Part shown: in pieces, positions 35,625 to 48,839 of the stretch
Position numbering within the stretch: the first letter of the stretch is position 1
How the letters are laid out: every line of letters starts with the position of its first letter
Origin: Neodothiora populina
Lineage: Eukaryota
Assembly (NCBI RefSeq): GCF_041146345.1
Contig: NW_027191408.1
Coordinates: forward strand, 1 to 64,000
Length of the DNA: 64,000 nucleotides
Reading direction: 5' to 3'
Translations under genes and position numbers: made by a program
Notes under the pieces: model-generated
Databases searched by the model: none
What the model was told of the DNA's origin: nothing
What the model saw: the letters and a program-made list of their open reading frames with translations, nothing else

Positions 35625-37000
35625 TCAAGCTTCGGAGTGAACCTTTTCAAGACTCGCGCGGTGCGAGTCAACCGACTGGAGCACTTCCCAATGTGTAGTT
35701 TTGGTGATTCCGGGAATGTCGTGTTGCACGATACTGTCCTCGCTGCCGCTCCTTTCCGTTCCATCCTTGACTCGGACGCTGTATGAGTCCTTGTCGACTT
35801 GAGTCTGCCACTGTCCGACATTGGCATCCATGACGGAAACATGTTGTCGGCGCGGACTGGAGATTTGGTTGAGACTGTATGGATGATCTGATGACAAACC
35901 TCCTTCTACGCCTCGTGCGTGTCGGATGGCTTGTAGTGCTGGCCCTCTCAGCGGAGGGAGACAGGCACAAATGACCGAGACGTTTGCTTCCACGGCAGTC
36001 CACATGATGGCCATATAACTGCCCCCTAATAGAAAAGTCAGAATCGACACACTCACTTTGTACCGTAAGAAGAACTTACAGGTCGGATCTTTACTGTGCG
36101 CCGAGCCGTCCAAAGCAGTCATCCGAAGGACACTAGCGATGCAAGCACTGCAGCTGATCAGTTTCTGTCCACATTGTATCTGCACCAAAGCTTACAAGAA
36201 TCCAAGTACGAACAACAGCGCCAGCCCAATCTTTTTTTGCACTGGCATGTGAAGTTTCCACACCAACGGGATGGGCATCGAGAAAATAACAAGATCAAGG
36301 AACGTGTGTACTGCGGCATGAGAATACCAAAACGCCGTATTGTCGATGCAATGGCCATGCAAGCTCTTGTTCCACGCTAGTTCTATAGGCTGACACTGGA
36401 AGATGGTCGCGAAGGTGAATGCTATCGAGCTGAGTATCGCTGCATTCAAAACGATCCACTTTGCGAACCACTGGAATCGCTGTGTGGCGAATATCCGGAG
36501 ATAGAGCAGGACAAAAGCTGCTTTGGCAAAGCCACCGAGGATTTTGTACATGACTTGGATGAGGTAAAAATACTGCGACTGATCAGTCCTCACGATTCCA
36601 GGCACGTATGTGGGAGGGAACTCACAAGGAGTGCTTCGTGAAGTGACTCGGGAGACAAGTCTGCTCCATGTTTGCCTAAACCATAATGTATTGCTTTGTT
36701 GAGTCAGTCGACGGTCTCGAGAGCTAAATACCTTTTTGACGTACCACAGAATCCGAAGATGATTTGAAGATTCAGAGTTATCTGTATACTGTTAGTCTTC
36801 TTGCCGAGCGTAAGAGAAGATTCATCTCAAATACTCACAGCAGCTAAGCCCAGGACGTAATCGTCCACTCCTACTTGTTTCTTGACCATCCGCGTCAAGA
36901 AGCGGAAAATATAGAACACATTCGCGATGGAAAGCAAGACAATGCTGACGACAAGCAGGGAATTTCCCTTTGTCGGGACCTTCTCGTCGCCATCAGCCAT
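35625..37000 (-). CDS. PTH11-like integral membrane receptor (fungal rhodopsin domain, no CFEM), multi-exon
   Basis: RFLTR...GVDDY, YGLGKH, K.AF.LLYLRIF, FQCQPI..AW, D..I..MPIP.VWKL.M...KK and W..VE.NV.VICACLP motifs spread over canonical short introns. Confidence 0.85.
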
Positions 37001-38504
37001 CGCCTGTTATCGAAACACAATTGAATCAACAGGTAAAGATATATAGAACACGAAAAAGGTAACAAGCATAAAATGAGCGACTGACAAAATCGACGACAAT
37101 GAGAGCTCCAAATGATATAAGATAAAGTGTGTATGATTCAAATGGATCGAAATGAGATAGATACATGCATGCCCATGTGGCATGAAGAACGTCAGGTCTT
37201 ACGCCCGCAGCGAAGATGAATCAAAAAGTCATATACCAGCGACACGCGGCTCAAAGCACGACACTCGAAACGATTCTCAAAGGACGAAGGAGGGGAAGCA
37301 ATTCATTCACCAAGCGAGCCCAAACTATTGGGATTCATCGCCAGATGAGAACCTCCGATTATTGCCAAATGGCGAAGATCAAAAGGAATAGCTAGCTAGT
37401 CACAGAAGCGAATGACTTGTGCAAACTCGATACATGCGTGTGAGCTGACAGCATCTCACCTTCTTCCCCCTCGTCCCATTACTCCTTCTTCATCCGTCCA
37501 GCACACATCTCGCGATTAAACAGAAATTGTGGATCAATAAATGTATGGACAGACGAATCACCACAGGCGAAATAGAAAGCAATGGCGATTCCCAGCACAC
37601 TGGTTCCCCGCCTGACGCGATACGCGGGAGGATTTCGCTAGATAGAACCAGAAACAGGTGATCAGTGCCGGAAGCAACGTTGAGTGGTTGGTTCGAACAA
37701 ATCGGTGATCGAATAACTGCCTGTCTGTCTGTCTGTTTTGTACAGAGACGCAGGGATCGTTCATGTCTGAGTCGACTATTTTTTCTGTTCTTACGTGCGT
37801 ACAGTATGTATATTCATATATGCAAGTACGAAGCCAACGTCCTCGCGTCGCCTTCCAACGGTCTGGTAAGGTGGCTGCGGCTGGGCTGGAGACAAATTGA
37901 TTAAAAAAATGGGGGGGTTTCTCCGAATGGGTCGAGATTAAATGTATTGCGCGGCTGTGATGACTTCCTGTCATATGTTTCCTGCAGAGGAAAGGAAATC
38001 GACTGTTATAGTCCTTTTTACAACCACGGGGATTGTAGCAAACACTCGGGATGATCTGTCGTTGGCGGGAAAGGGAGGATGTCTTTGCGCTTGTTCTGGA
38101 AAACCAGATAAATGGACGCTTCGTTTGGTGGATTAAAATGAGACATGCCTGGCCTCTCCTTCTACTATACATCGTGATGGAGCCCACTTTGTAGCAGCAG
38201 ATCTGCGACCGGCATTTCTCATGATTCATTATTGATCGTTCTCCCACGGGGGGACTGCCGGAAGCGAAAGCTCGAACATTCGTTGTGCAGACGCGGTCGA
38301 AGCATAGGCAGATCATTCGAGGAAAGCTCGAAAAGCGAACAGCACACTCTGTCACTCACTACTTTACGCGCGACAGCTGCAAATGCTTCTTCCTTCCGCA
38401 TGTAGATTGTCTCATGTTGCGTGCAATTCCTAATAGATGGTTGTAGCCGCGCTGGAAAGACGGGCCAGACCACGAAGTCGCTGATCAAGGGGAGGAGAGA
38501 GGTC

Positions 38505-40120
38505 CTAGCCACTACTGCCCTCACCGTGCCAGCTTATATGCCTCTCGACAAAGTATTCATCGAGTCCCCAAGATGCATTTTGTCGTCCCCAACCACTTCC
38601 CTTAACACCGCCCTGAGGCCCGGTAGCTGTGATGACGTGAGCTGATTGTTGAGTCGTGAACAGAAGGGTACTTACGGCTGACGTATACCGAGATGCTGTT
38701 GATGTGGACTTGACCATACTCGAGGTTCCTACCCATGTTGATTGCACGTTCCATGTTCGTTGTGTGTATCGTTGCGTTGAGTCCATAGACGCTGCGATTC
38801 GCGAGCGCTACTGCTTGCTCGTCGCTGTTCACTATGTATACGCTTGCACTCGGCGCAAAAGTCTCCTCGTCGATGATACGCATCTGATCTGCAGTCGTTT
38901 CTGGGTCGATTTGAACAAGAGAAGGCTTGACCGCGTTGCGACTGACCAGTTCCGGGCCGCCAGTGAGGAATACAGCACCTTTGTCTTTGGCATCTTGGAG
39001 AATGTCTAGTCCGGTTTGTGCAATTCGCTCTGAGACCGCCGTGCCTCCTGGAGTGCTCTCGACGACTTTGACTAACTTCTCGATGAAGTCGTTGGCAACT
39101 TTCCGTTGGACGATCACGCGTTCGGTGCTGAAGCAGATTTGACCGTGGTGCAGAAGAGCGCCTTTGGCACAGAGCACTGCCGCTTTTTGAATATTTGCAT
39201 CATCAAGCACGATTGCAGGGCCTTTACCGCCTAGCTCCATCAGTACGGGTTTCAGATACTTAGCAGCTGTGGCACCGATCTGTCGTCCAACCGCTGCACT
39301 GCCGATGAACTCGATTTTTCGAATCCGCTCATCCGCGATCAGGGCCTCTGTCATGGATGCTGCTGCCTCACGACTTGCTTGCAGAGAATTGATCACTCCT
39401 GGTGGACTCCCGGCTTTGCGATATATATCAACGATTGAAGCATGAGTCAGAGGGCACTGTTCAGAGGCCTTTAGTACAACAGTACAGCCAGCACCTATCG
39501 CCGATGCAACAGCTCGAGAAGACAAGACAAGAGCAGCATTCCACCTGAGTGAGATAAGTGAGCAGCTTTCCAATAGCGTCGTCTTTACAACTTACGGAGG
39601 AATCACCAGAATTGGTCCGACTGCTTCTTTGAATACGAAGGTCATCGTGTCAGGCTTCTCGGTCGGCGGTATAGTCCCTGAAGCTGTGAGTCGAGCCATG
39701 ACCTGTCAAAGAACACACCAGTACAATACCGTGAACTCCACTGATACACGCCGCGATCTCGCGCATGTATGAAACAGCCAGTACAACATTGTTCCTCGCC
39801 CATGGCTCTGGGCAAGACGTCTCCAACACCTGGCTTTCGACAAGCTTCTCGACATTCTCCTCGTACAATGTCGCCACTTTGAGCAGTAGATTTCTTCGTG
39901 TTAGTATAGATGCCCGTTTCCAGCCGCCGTCGAATGCGTCCCAAGCAGCTGTGCATGCCTTCTTGCAGATATCCTCGTCGGCAGCTTGATAGTAATGTAC
40001 AGGCTCATCGCTCAGTGCCGAGTGCACTGGCACAATAGTGGCGTCGTCGATTGGGAGCTCTGTGTTATTGATGATACACGGCACTACCGAACGGCCTTTT
40101 GAATCCCGAAGCGGCTCCAT
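38505..40120 (-). CDS. Aldehyde dehydrogenase, salicylaldehyde/vanillin-dehydrogenase-like, multi-exon
   Basis: PWNA, LKASE, FIGSAAVG, MELGGK (Glu), GQICFSTE (Cys), EETFAP and GGVKGSGWGR. The substrate is an inference. Confidence 0.88.
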
Positions 40121-40922
40121 CCTTCGTGAAATATAGTTATGTGGAAAGTACGGTATAGTAGCAGTCGTGAGAGTGATACGGAAAGCCGAGCAAGGGCGAG
40201 CGACAGTAAACCCGGGCTGTTTGTCACCCTGGCGGATATATGCGAGACTCTGACGTAGATTGAGGTGTTCTTGCCCACCAACGTGTAAACTTTACATCTG
40301 TCTTTGGTAGCACTAAGGATGTCACTGTAAGGTGGTCCATGTTCAGGACGGGAGGCACAGAATAGATGAAGTATTAGCCGGAGCGCCACAGAAGCGGCCC
40401 CACACGCCTTCGTGCACCATTTAATGCTTGTGGAACAACAAGCACCGGTCCTGTTTCTACCTCGGCGCTCGCAAATGCTTGACGTTACTCGAGGTAAAGT
40501 GCTAATTTAGACGAACTCTGACCGTCGCACTCTATCAGATAGGATGCAATTATTATCCTCTCTTAGATAACAAGATTGCTATTCGCACATGGTAGAAGTG
40601 GCACGAAGGGCTCGCATGGAGGATGTACGCACGTTTGTTCATGTGCCTCATATTCCTCATCCGCTTCGCCCATGGTCTATGAATTGGGAAGATTATTTGG
40701 CTCGTCCAAACATAAAGTATGTTGTAGTAGGTATTGTCCACCGAACTCCCAACTCCCATATACCTTAGTCGACTTCGGCCCTTGGCTCATCTATAGATTA
40801 ATGCTGTTTCCATACCGTCCAGTAATTCGTTAAATTCATAATTTATACAAAGGCAGATCTAGACGTCGATATCGATCGTCAGTGCTGTCGCATTAGTTTA
40901 CCGTCCACGGTAATTTCCCTTC

Positions 40923-43900
40923 TCATTTGACCTTGAAGTTCATTTCGCCAACAAGAGTGATCACATTACTACAACAGGACAAGCATGTCAGCAATGGCTT
41001 AAATGGAGGCGCCACGGTTGTTTCGAACTCACCGACTGAGACTTCTCAGTTCCTCGTTGACCAGAGAGCTCATGACTTCCATTGATGCGAAAGCCCGGAA
41101 TGCTGGGTCGTCCGCATTCGTGATGTCCATGATATCCTCGTTCAGTCTCTGAAGACTGCGTGCTAATGGGAAAGGCTCGAGCGGTGCCAGATATGGCGGC
41201 ACTGCCGTGCCATTCGAGACGGCGGCAGCCAGTTGACAGAGCAGTAAAGTCGTTCGGTGAGTATTGAACTCAGTCGACATGGCTAGGTGGGCCATTCGAT
41301 CGATCCATTCACTGGGTTTAGACTCGTCCTCCTCTGATGGTGGGTGTATCTTGGGCTGAAAGTCTCGTGTCAGGTATGCCATGATAGACATACCAAAGGT
41401 GATAGCTTGAATCTCGCCAATCATCTGATTATACACGCTCTTTGGGAATTTGCCACCAAACGCTGGCTCGTACTTGGTCAGATCTACGTTTTTGCGGATG
41501 CCTGCAAGCAACGCCATTTGTCTTGCAAACAACTTTGTCCTGGCGTTGTCGAGAGCAAGCATTAGCGAAGCAGATGACTGCGCGTCAGAATACCCTTCCA
41601 TCATCCATGTCTCTACCGTGGTGTGCATGTAGCCATAGATGTTTGCAAGTGTGAAGATGCTACGACCAAGCATTTTCCGCACTTGCAGTCTGGTAGAGAT
41701 GGGGTAGGGAAAGATGGTCCAGAAAAAGGAGATCAGACAGCCTGCAGCCACACATGCAAGCTTGTAAGGGCCAAAGAGGTAAATGGGATAGTATGGTTGG
41801 CCACTTGACTCGGCTCGAGGTATACCAAGCTTCTTAACCTGAAAAGTACAGCATTAGCATCAAGACAATTTCGAGGATCGACCATAGTTACCTGGAGCTC
41901 GTAGGCTACGATAACATTCATGGTGACGATTGAAATGACCACTGGCCCGAAGATCTGTGGGTATTTCAGGTAGAAGTAGTACTGCCATATCACGTAAGCT
42001 CGTGTCATGTTCTTCGAGTGCGGTTAGCTTACCTCAAAGCAATTTGCAATGAAAAGAAACACAATGACGCCCGCCGTTCTGCCGTCCACAATGTAATAGA
42101 TGATAAAGCTTAGTACTAAAGCCACTATTGTGCTCAAGACTCTTCCGATGAAACCAAAAATACTTGCTCCACTGGAAGGACTCATGCCAATGACGATGAC
42201 AATCATTGCCCAGATTAGTCGTTGTTCGAGATAAAAATCCTGTGTCTGATGCAAATATGCCAAAATACCAACGGTGAAAGATGCGCAAGCCACACGGAAA
42301 CCAAATACACTCTGGTCAGAGGACATCATGCTGGACAATGCTCGGAGTTGATCTCCAAACCACTCCCACGTATTATTGGGAGACAAGTGCTCTGGATCCG
42401 TCTGTCTGATAGACGAGTCGTTATTGGCGTCGTCGACGTCGCTTTGAGAATCAGAGTCGTCTTGGACCTCGTCTACCGAACCCGGCTCCTTTTTGGGACG
42501 TAAGAGGTCGAGTGAAAACCACTTCAAAATGTTAAAATCCTCCGGGACAATCAAATGATTTCGGCGCAACGCGCCTGAAGCGAGGCGCTGCTCAGTAAAG
42601 GTCATAAGTCCATCGACAGCATCGAGCAGTTCGTCATGGATATTCTCTAATGATATGGCCACCAGGAGTTCTTCGCTGGCAAATCGACGGCCTATGTCTT
42701 CCTCTCCAGCAGGCCTTGGCCAATCAATGTAACCACTATAGGATGTCATGATGGTGTGTAGTGGACCAACCGGGTCGTGATGACGTTTGTGGAATTCGTA
42801 TCGTCTTATCTTAAACTGATCCGAAAAGTTCTCACACCCCGGACTTATCGTGTCAATACCGGCTTCGATGTCATTGTTTTCCTGTGACGTCCGCGAATGA
42901 GCCAGTAAACCGTTTTCTTTCAGTATTCCGAGATTCATGAAACTGTGCTCCAGACCTGCTGTGACGAGGCCTATTGCGACGCTGGTGTCCTGTCGCAAGG
43001 ACTCGAGGTACCGATCCACTCGTCGGGCCCTTATTTCCTGTTCTTGCGATCCTGAATCTGGGTCAGGTGCTTTCTTCTCGGTCGTATCAGACTCTTTGGG
43101 AAAGAGCGGTTTTCCGCAGGCAAGTTTCTCCAATAGCTCTGTAGACATCTTCAGGCCAGCCATAGGTAACAATATCCCACGTAAATGGGTAAAAATGGTT
43201 TGGAGATCCACTGGTGTCAAGGTCCCCCATGCAATCTCGCTTTTAGCATAAATCAACTCCGCACCCATCATGGTGTGAAGGCCCTGAAGTCTCTGCATGG
43301 CTACATTTACCGTTGCCGCTGACGTCTGGATGTCATCTGATGGCTTATCTGTTGCGTCTGACGATGTGGCATTCCCACCAGCTTCGTCAATATCTCTGTT
43401 GCGCAGACTTTCCACGTATTCGTTGAATGCATTGAGCACTCCTTGCACTGTCGCTGGATAAGTACGCAGACCTTGGAAGATGTTCCTCCGGTTCGTGATT
43501 GGCAAGATGAACAAGGACACTCCAGTGGCAATGGCGAAAGCGAGCATGAAAGCGCACAGCAGACGCTTGATGAATTGTAGTCCTTCCGGGACGGTCGTGA
43601 ACTGACCAGTATGTGTAAGAGATATCGCCGAGAAAATGGAGAAGGCCACCATTGGGTCCTGAAGTTCCATTGGACGGTATGCCCTCAGGCTGTTGGAGAG
43701 CCTTGACTAGCTGTCAGTTCATATATCCCGGGAGCTGAAAATCGAGGGAACAAACCATATACAGACTATGAGAAAAATAGCCGAGACGGCAGAAGCATTA
43801 CTATTGTATACACCTTGTGATCCAGGGCCAGTTCCACGAGCTTTAATCGAACAGAACGCGGCCAGGCAACAGAGAGATGCAGCGACACAAACAGATAATA

Positions 43901-44184
43901 GAATGAAGAACATGATTTTGGTGTACTTGGCCCGAGGCAAAAGGCACTGGGCAGTAATGGTCATCAGAGCGGTGATGTATCCGACGGTCGTTGTGATATT
44001 GGAGATGGCATCACTCTGGTAACTAAAGGTATATAGGTCAGAGATGTGACTATAAATCACAAGAACCGGTGGCAAGTGCCTACATTGCGACAACTATGGT
44101 AGGAGGCAGTCCAGCCTTAAGCATTTTTAGGACAGTAGGAGCATCAAGACCAGTGCGCTTGCGGAATGCTGCTAGAGTTGCCAT
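40923..44184 (-). CDS. Aromatic-acid-exporter/FUSC-family (Bre4-like) membrane protein, multi-exon
   Basis: GLD.PT.LKM.K..LPPTI N-terminus, DPEHL.P.N.WE..G, FGFRVACA, RL.WAMI, IVAYELQV.KLG and T.YEP.FGGKFP motifs. Confidence 0.82.
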
Positions 44185-45639
44185 GATTGAAGATGACGGG
44201 AAGGGTCGTCTACTCCGCTGGCCACCGCCGGCGGCCACAAGCGTTGCCTTTGCAACTATTCCGGTCATAGCAGATAGTCGAGTCGGTCAGTACACATGCT
44301 GAACGACGTGCGAAGGACTTGCGCATATATACAAGGTATGGATTGGCATTATATGGAATTTTTCAGCAGGTCGGAACGTTTGTTCGGATGTAGGGGCTTG
44401 GCCATTCGGGATGTGTTCACGGCTGATATCGATAAAGCGTGGGGCGAAGATCCATGGAGTCAGGCCAGGCATAGTCGGCCCAGGCAGCTATGAGGAAAGG
44501 AAGACAGAGCTACCTTACGATGTGCGATTTGATGCAACATGACTGCACATTCATGTCGTCACAGACTCGACACTGTCTGTATATAAGCCTACAGTGATTG
44601 GGCGGTACTCTTGAGCGCGACCAGGGGTCTGATGTTGGACAACAACACTGCGAAAGTCAAGAAACGGCCAAGGAGCCCAGTACCATACTGCGACAAAGGG
44701 TACATACCGTACAGTGCCGAAGACAGCGGCGGTGCCGTTATTATTCGGTCAAAACTACAACAGGCCAGCCATAAGGTATGTCTGGCAGCGTTCTCACCGG
44801 GTCACACTCGAAGCCCTCTGTATGGAAGGACTTGTACACATGATGCTGTCGCATACACGAACGAACAATAATTTCTGCGGGTGAGGCGAAGCACCTACAA
44901 GATGCCCAACAACAGTAGCCATACGCGAAACGCAAAGCTATTGCTGCCATATTTCAACAAATCTCACAATTGGGCATCAATGAGGTTGGTGTTCAGTGTT
45001 GCAAGACTCGTGTTCTAGCAATGGTCGCTGCTGTCATTGCTACAATTGGGCGCGAGAACGGTTGCCTCGAAGCCCTGTGCTGTGCTTGTAGGGGGTTGAT
45101 GACGTCGTGGAAAGCGGTTCGTGCGTTGCAAGTACTTGTACGTGTACTTGTACTTGTAGTGTGAATGTCGGGAAGCTGCGTGGTACTCGGGAATGGGATC
45201 TTGGTTTTCGTGTAAGACTTGTAAGTTAGGTACCTTATGGTCAGTGATCAACTCCCCCACACATGGAATCACCTTGATTGACCTTGATTGACCTTGATTG
45301 ATCGTCGTGATCTGGGAAGTTATATTTCTTCTCCTTCCTTCTTCTGTCAATACTGAACTCGGCCTGATCGTGGTCGGGCAAGGCTCAGCCAGGGTCACAT
45401 CAGACTCAAGTCTCGACCTTTGGATCGATTTCAGAGTGAAACAAGGCAACACGGGAGCCAACGACGCGTACCACCTTATCCTTATCCCAGCCACCCCGCA
45501 GCTGTTTCCCTTTTGGTTTCCCTTTCTGTGTTTCGTGACTGCCTCGACAAGCGACAGACATCCTGGCAATTTCGCCAGCTGCTAATTCTCTCCATCACCT
45601 GCATCGTCTACATCGTCTACATCGTCCAACAACAGACAA

Positions 45640-47297
45640 ATGTCGCGCTTCGGCGGCCGTCACTCTTCTAGTGACTTGGCCTACGGCGATGAGCCCAACC
45701 GCTGGGATCGTGACCGTTTCGAGCGTTTCCGCAGCCGAGGCCCTCCAGGTGCTCCAGAAGAACAACGTGAGACAATCCGGATCCAAGAGAGAGATGCTCC
45801 AAGAAGAACCGATATCCGAATCGAAGAACGCGACACCCGTCGAGGTCCCAAGAGTGTGTACGACGAGCGTGACTTTGATTTCATGCAAGAGGAGCGCTAT
45901 GGTCCGCCTGCCAGGATTCCCCGTCACCGCGTTTCGGACAGAGATTTGTTTGCAGAGATCGACCGCCGCGAACTGGACGACCAGAGGTACAAGAGGAAAA
46001 GCGCCATCGAAAGAGAGGTTGAAATCGATCGCATCGAGCGTCCGAGGCCCGGCCTGATCAGGCGCCAGAGCTCGCTCGACACATTCGACCGTCGTCCGCT
46101 GAGACGTGAACGTGAGCGTGAACGGGAGGAATACAGGTTGCCTCCAAATGTCCCGATTCCCTTGCCCAGACGTCGCTCTCCGTCACGTCGTCGCCACCAC
46201 GATGACTTTGAGGACATCCACTACCGCGAATATTCACCCTACCGCGACGTCGAGATCACGCGTGAGAGAAGCCACGTGCGCAAGCGAGACGGGGCCAAGA
46301 GCGACTTGAGAAGTGTCAGCGCTCGAAGCGACAGCACCGAGAGCTTTGAGGAAATCAGTCGCGCATCGTCGCCCAGTCCAGAGCGTAAGGTGGGTAAAAA
46401 AGGAAAAACCAGGATGCCCAAGCGATTGGTCAAGAGGGAAGCCATTATCCAACTCGGATATCCCTTCGAAGAGGAGGTGAGGGTTTTTGTTTCATCTACT
46501 CGCCGCTCATCTCGACCTTTGGTGAAAGCTGACACGTGACGCAGGAGGACTTTATCATTGTCCGCCGTGCTCTGGAAAAGGAACAGATTGACGAAGTGAT
46601 CCGCATCAGCGAGAACTACAAAGCGCCGAGTATGCCGTTTATCTGCCTTCTCCGTCTGTGCATTTGTTGACGAAGAGCAGAAACCAAGACTTATCGCTTC
46701 GAGGAGACGCTTGAAGTGCCTGCCCCCCCTCCTCCACCAGCTCCTCCCGCAGCAGACGACCATTACGAAGCCCTTCGCACCGAGTGGATCAACCCGCCAT
46801 CTGTCCGCGCTCCTTCTCCCGCCCGCTCCACTCGTACACGTCGTAGCTCGCCTGCTCGTACCGTCCACCTCCCATCCCCTCCGCCTCCGCAACCGATATA
46901 CATCCACCAGCCTGCACCGCCGCCGGTCAGGGAAACCATCTATGTACAATCGCCTCCTGCTCCTGCGCCGCCGCCGCCGCCGCCACAGCCCACTCACCAC
47001 CCCATGACCATCGTTCTACCCGAACGCCATCGTCACAGCGACCGCGACATCAAGGCCGAGATTCGTGCCCTCGAAGCCGAGCAGCGCGCTCTTCGTTATG
47101 AGCGCCAGGTCGACGACAGAAACATGATTGTCCGTCGACCTGACGAGGCCTACGAGGTCGTCGAGTATCGCGAACACAGGCCCGAGCGCGAACAAGTCAT
47201 TGAATATGTCGACAGACCACGCAGCCCGAAGAGAGATGTCATCAGGGTTGAAAAGGACAGGAAAGGTAGGATGGCTCTCGTGAGGACTTCTCACTAG
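45640..47297 (+). CDS. Conserved fungal Arg/Glu/Pro-rich protein; introns ~46477-46544 and ~46630-46680; optional third intron 47266-47371 extends the CDS to 47424
   Basis: RWDRDRFE, RP.LIRRQSSLDTFDR, KKGKTRMPKRLV.REAIIQLGYPFEEE, IIV.RALEKEQIDEVI..S and IKAEIRALEAE motifs. Canonical splice signals. Confidence 0.82.
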
Positions 47298-48518
47298 ACG
47301 AAATGGTGGGGGGCCTTCCTTTTGTAAACGAATTGCAACCCAGGCTGACTTTTTGTGTCTTGTCTTTGTAGGAAAAAAGCCGAACCCCAAGCTGATTGCG
47401 GCTATGATGGCCACTCTTACCTGATCTCTCTTCAGTTCCTCTATCCTTTTCACCTCAAAAGGTGGGACTTTTATCGGCGTTTGACCCAAGATTGGAGTGT
47501 ATTTTCTTGTCATGTTGGATTATGTCTGATTTGGGTGAACCTTATGATTGTCCTTTGTTTTTTCATCTGCTGTCATACCCTTTCTGTCACTTGTCTCTTG
47601 CTATATCGGAAGTTGTCTCCTTTTTGTTTCCTTTTTCTATCATTTCTCTATCAGCAAAGCATCTATCTGTGCAGTAACGAACCTCACGAACCCAAGAAAT
47701 ATACAATCTACGGCGTTTTCTTTTGGCTTGATGAAATACTGCGCTCGATTTCTCAGAGTATTCAGTTGACCATGGGACATTGCAACATCTCGCTCTTTAC
47801 TCACAAATCAATCGCAACGGTCAAGTAATTGAAACACAGTAAACACCCTCTTGGAATCAGTACATTCACGCAGCTAGGCTCTCTATCCCATCGACCTCTG
47901 TTGAGTACATGAGGAGATGAGGGAATGAGGTAAGCGTAAACTTCAGCATTACTACCATAAGAAGAAGCGAATGGAAAGGAAGTGTCCAACAATCAGTACA
48001 GCTGCTTCTTGACAAGACAGCAAGGAAGGAAGGTCTATCTGGACAATCACGGCTGACGAGCATACACGATGAGTTCCAGAACGACTTCATCTCCTAGATT
48101 GTGATACGTGTACACAACTGACAAGTGCGTTGATAGTACTTCACTACGTTTCTACTGTGGATAAAAGAATGCAAGGAAGCAATGAGAGCACGAAAGAGAA
48201 GATTACGCATCAAGGTAAGGGAACGAAGACAGCGGAAGCGAAGGGGTGGCTGTCATCGATAGTGGTCATGTATATACCACTAGTAGGAAGGTACTCATTC
48301 ATACAGCATCGGGAGTAAGCAAGTAGGCAAGTAAGCAAGTAAGCAAGTCATATTCCCTCTCTTCTTCCAGTGGATCAGACTATACATCAAACTACAAGAG
48401 CAATGAAAGTGTAGGCTACCAACTAGTGAACCATTCACTTGGGTAAGGTAAGACCCCATTTACTCCCCCCCTCCCTAAAATCAACCCATATAACCCCCCT
48501 CAAACCGCCCTATATTCA

Positions 48519-48839
48519 AGGCGCCACTACCCACCGGCTCAGTTGGTGGAGTGGCATCCGACGCCTCAAAAAATCAGTCTTGCGTACAAAAAGCATGAGA
48601 GGTCCCTGGTTCGAGCCACCGCCGCGTGATAGCTCTCCGACAAACCAGTGTCAGAATTTCGCAACAATTCCTCATGCCACCATTTCTCTGCAGTGTGAAG
48701 ACGGCGTACCGGGCCCCACCCCCTCCCTCGGGCTGCGCGCACTTGTACACGAGAGAAATGGTGCTGTACGCGACTGGTTTCTTCCCCTCCTCCGGGTGGG
48801 GGGAAGTTTTGCTTCGGCTTGGGGGAGTCTTGTTTTTTT
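48519..48839 (+). ncRNA. Candidate RNA polymerase III-type structured non-coding RNA, family unassigned
   Basis: ATATAA at 48488-48493, A-box-like CGGCTCAGTTGG at 48535-48546, B-box GGTTCGAGCC at 48608-48617 and T7 at 48833-48839. Nested helices form a three-way junction across 48571-48780. Confidence 0.6.

Noticed and set aside
37558..38355. 265-aa minus-strand ORF
   Set aside because: Non-ATG start, atypical composition and no motifs. It lies in the ALDH terminator/PTH11 promoter gap.
48447..48463. Minus-strand AATGGGGTCTTAC resembling RNase MRP/P CR-V
   Set aside because: The match is imperfect and no CR-I partner for P4 was found. The promoter and terminator signals point to the + strand.
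48530..48625. tRNA gene suggested by D-arm-like and T-arm-like motifs
   Set aside because: There is no 5-bp T-stem, acceptor stem or anticodon arm. The motifs are better read as Pol III A/B boxes.
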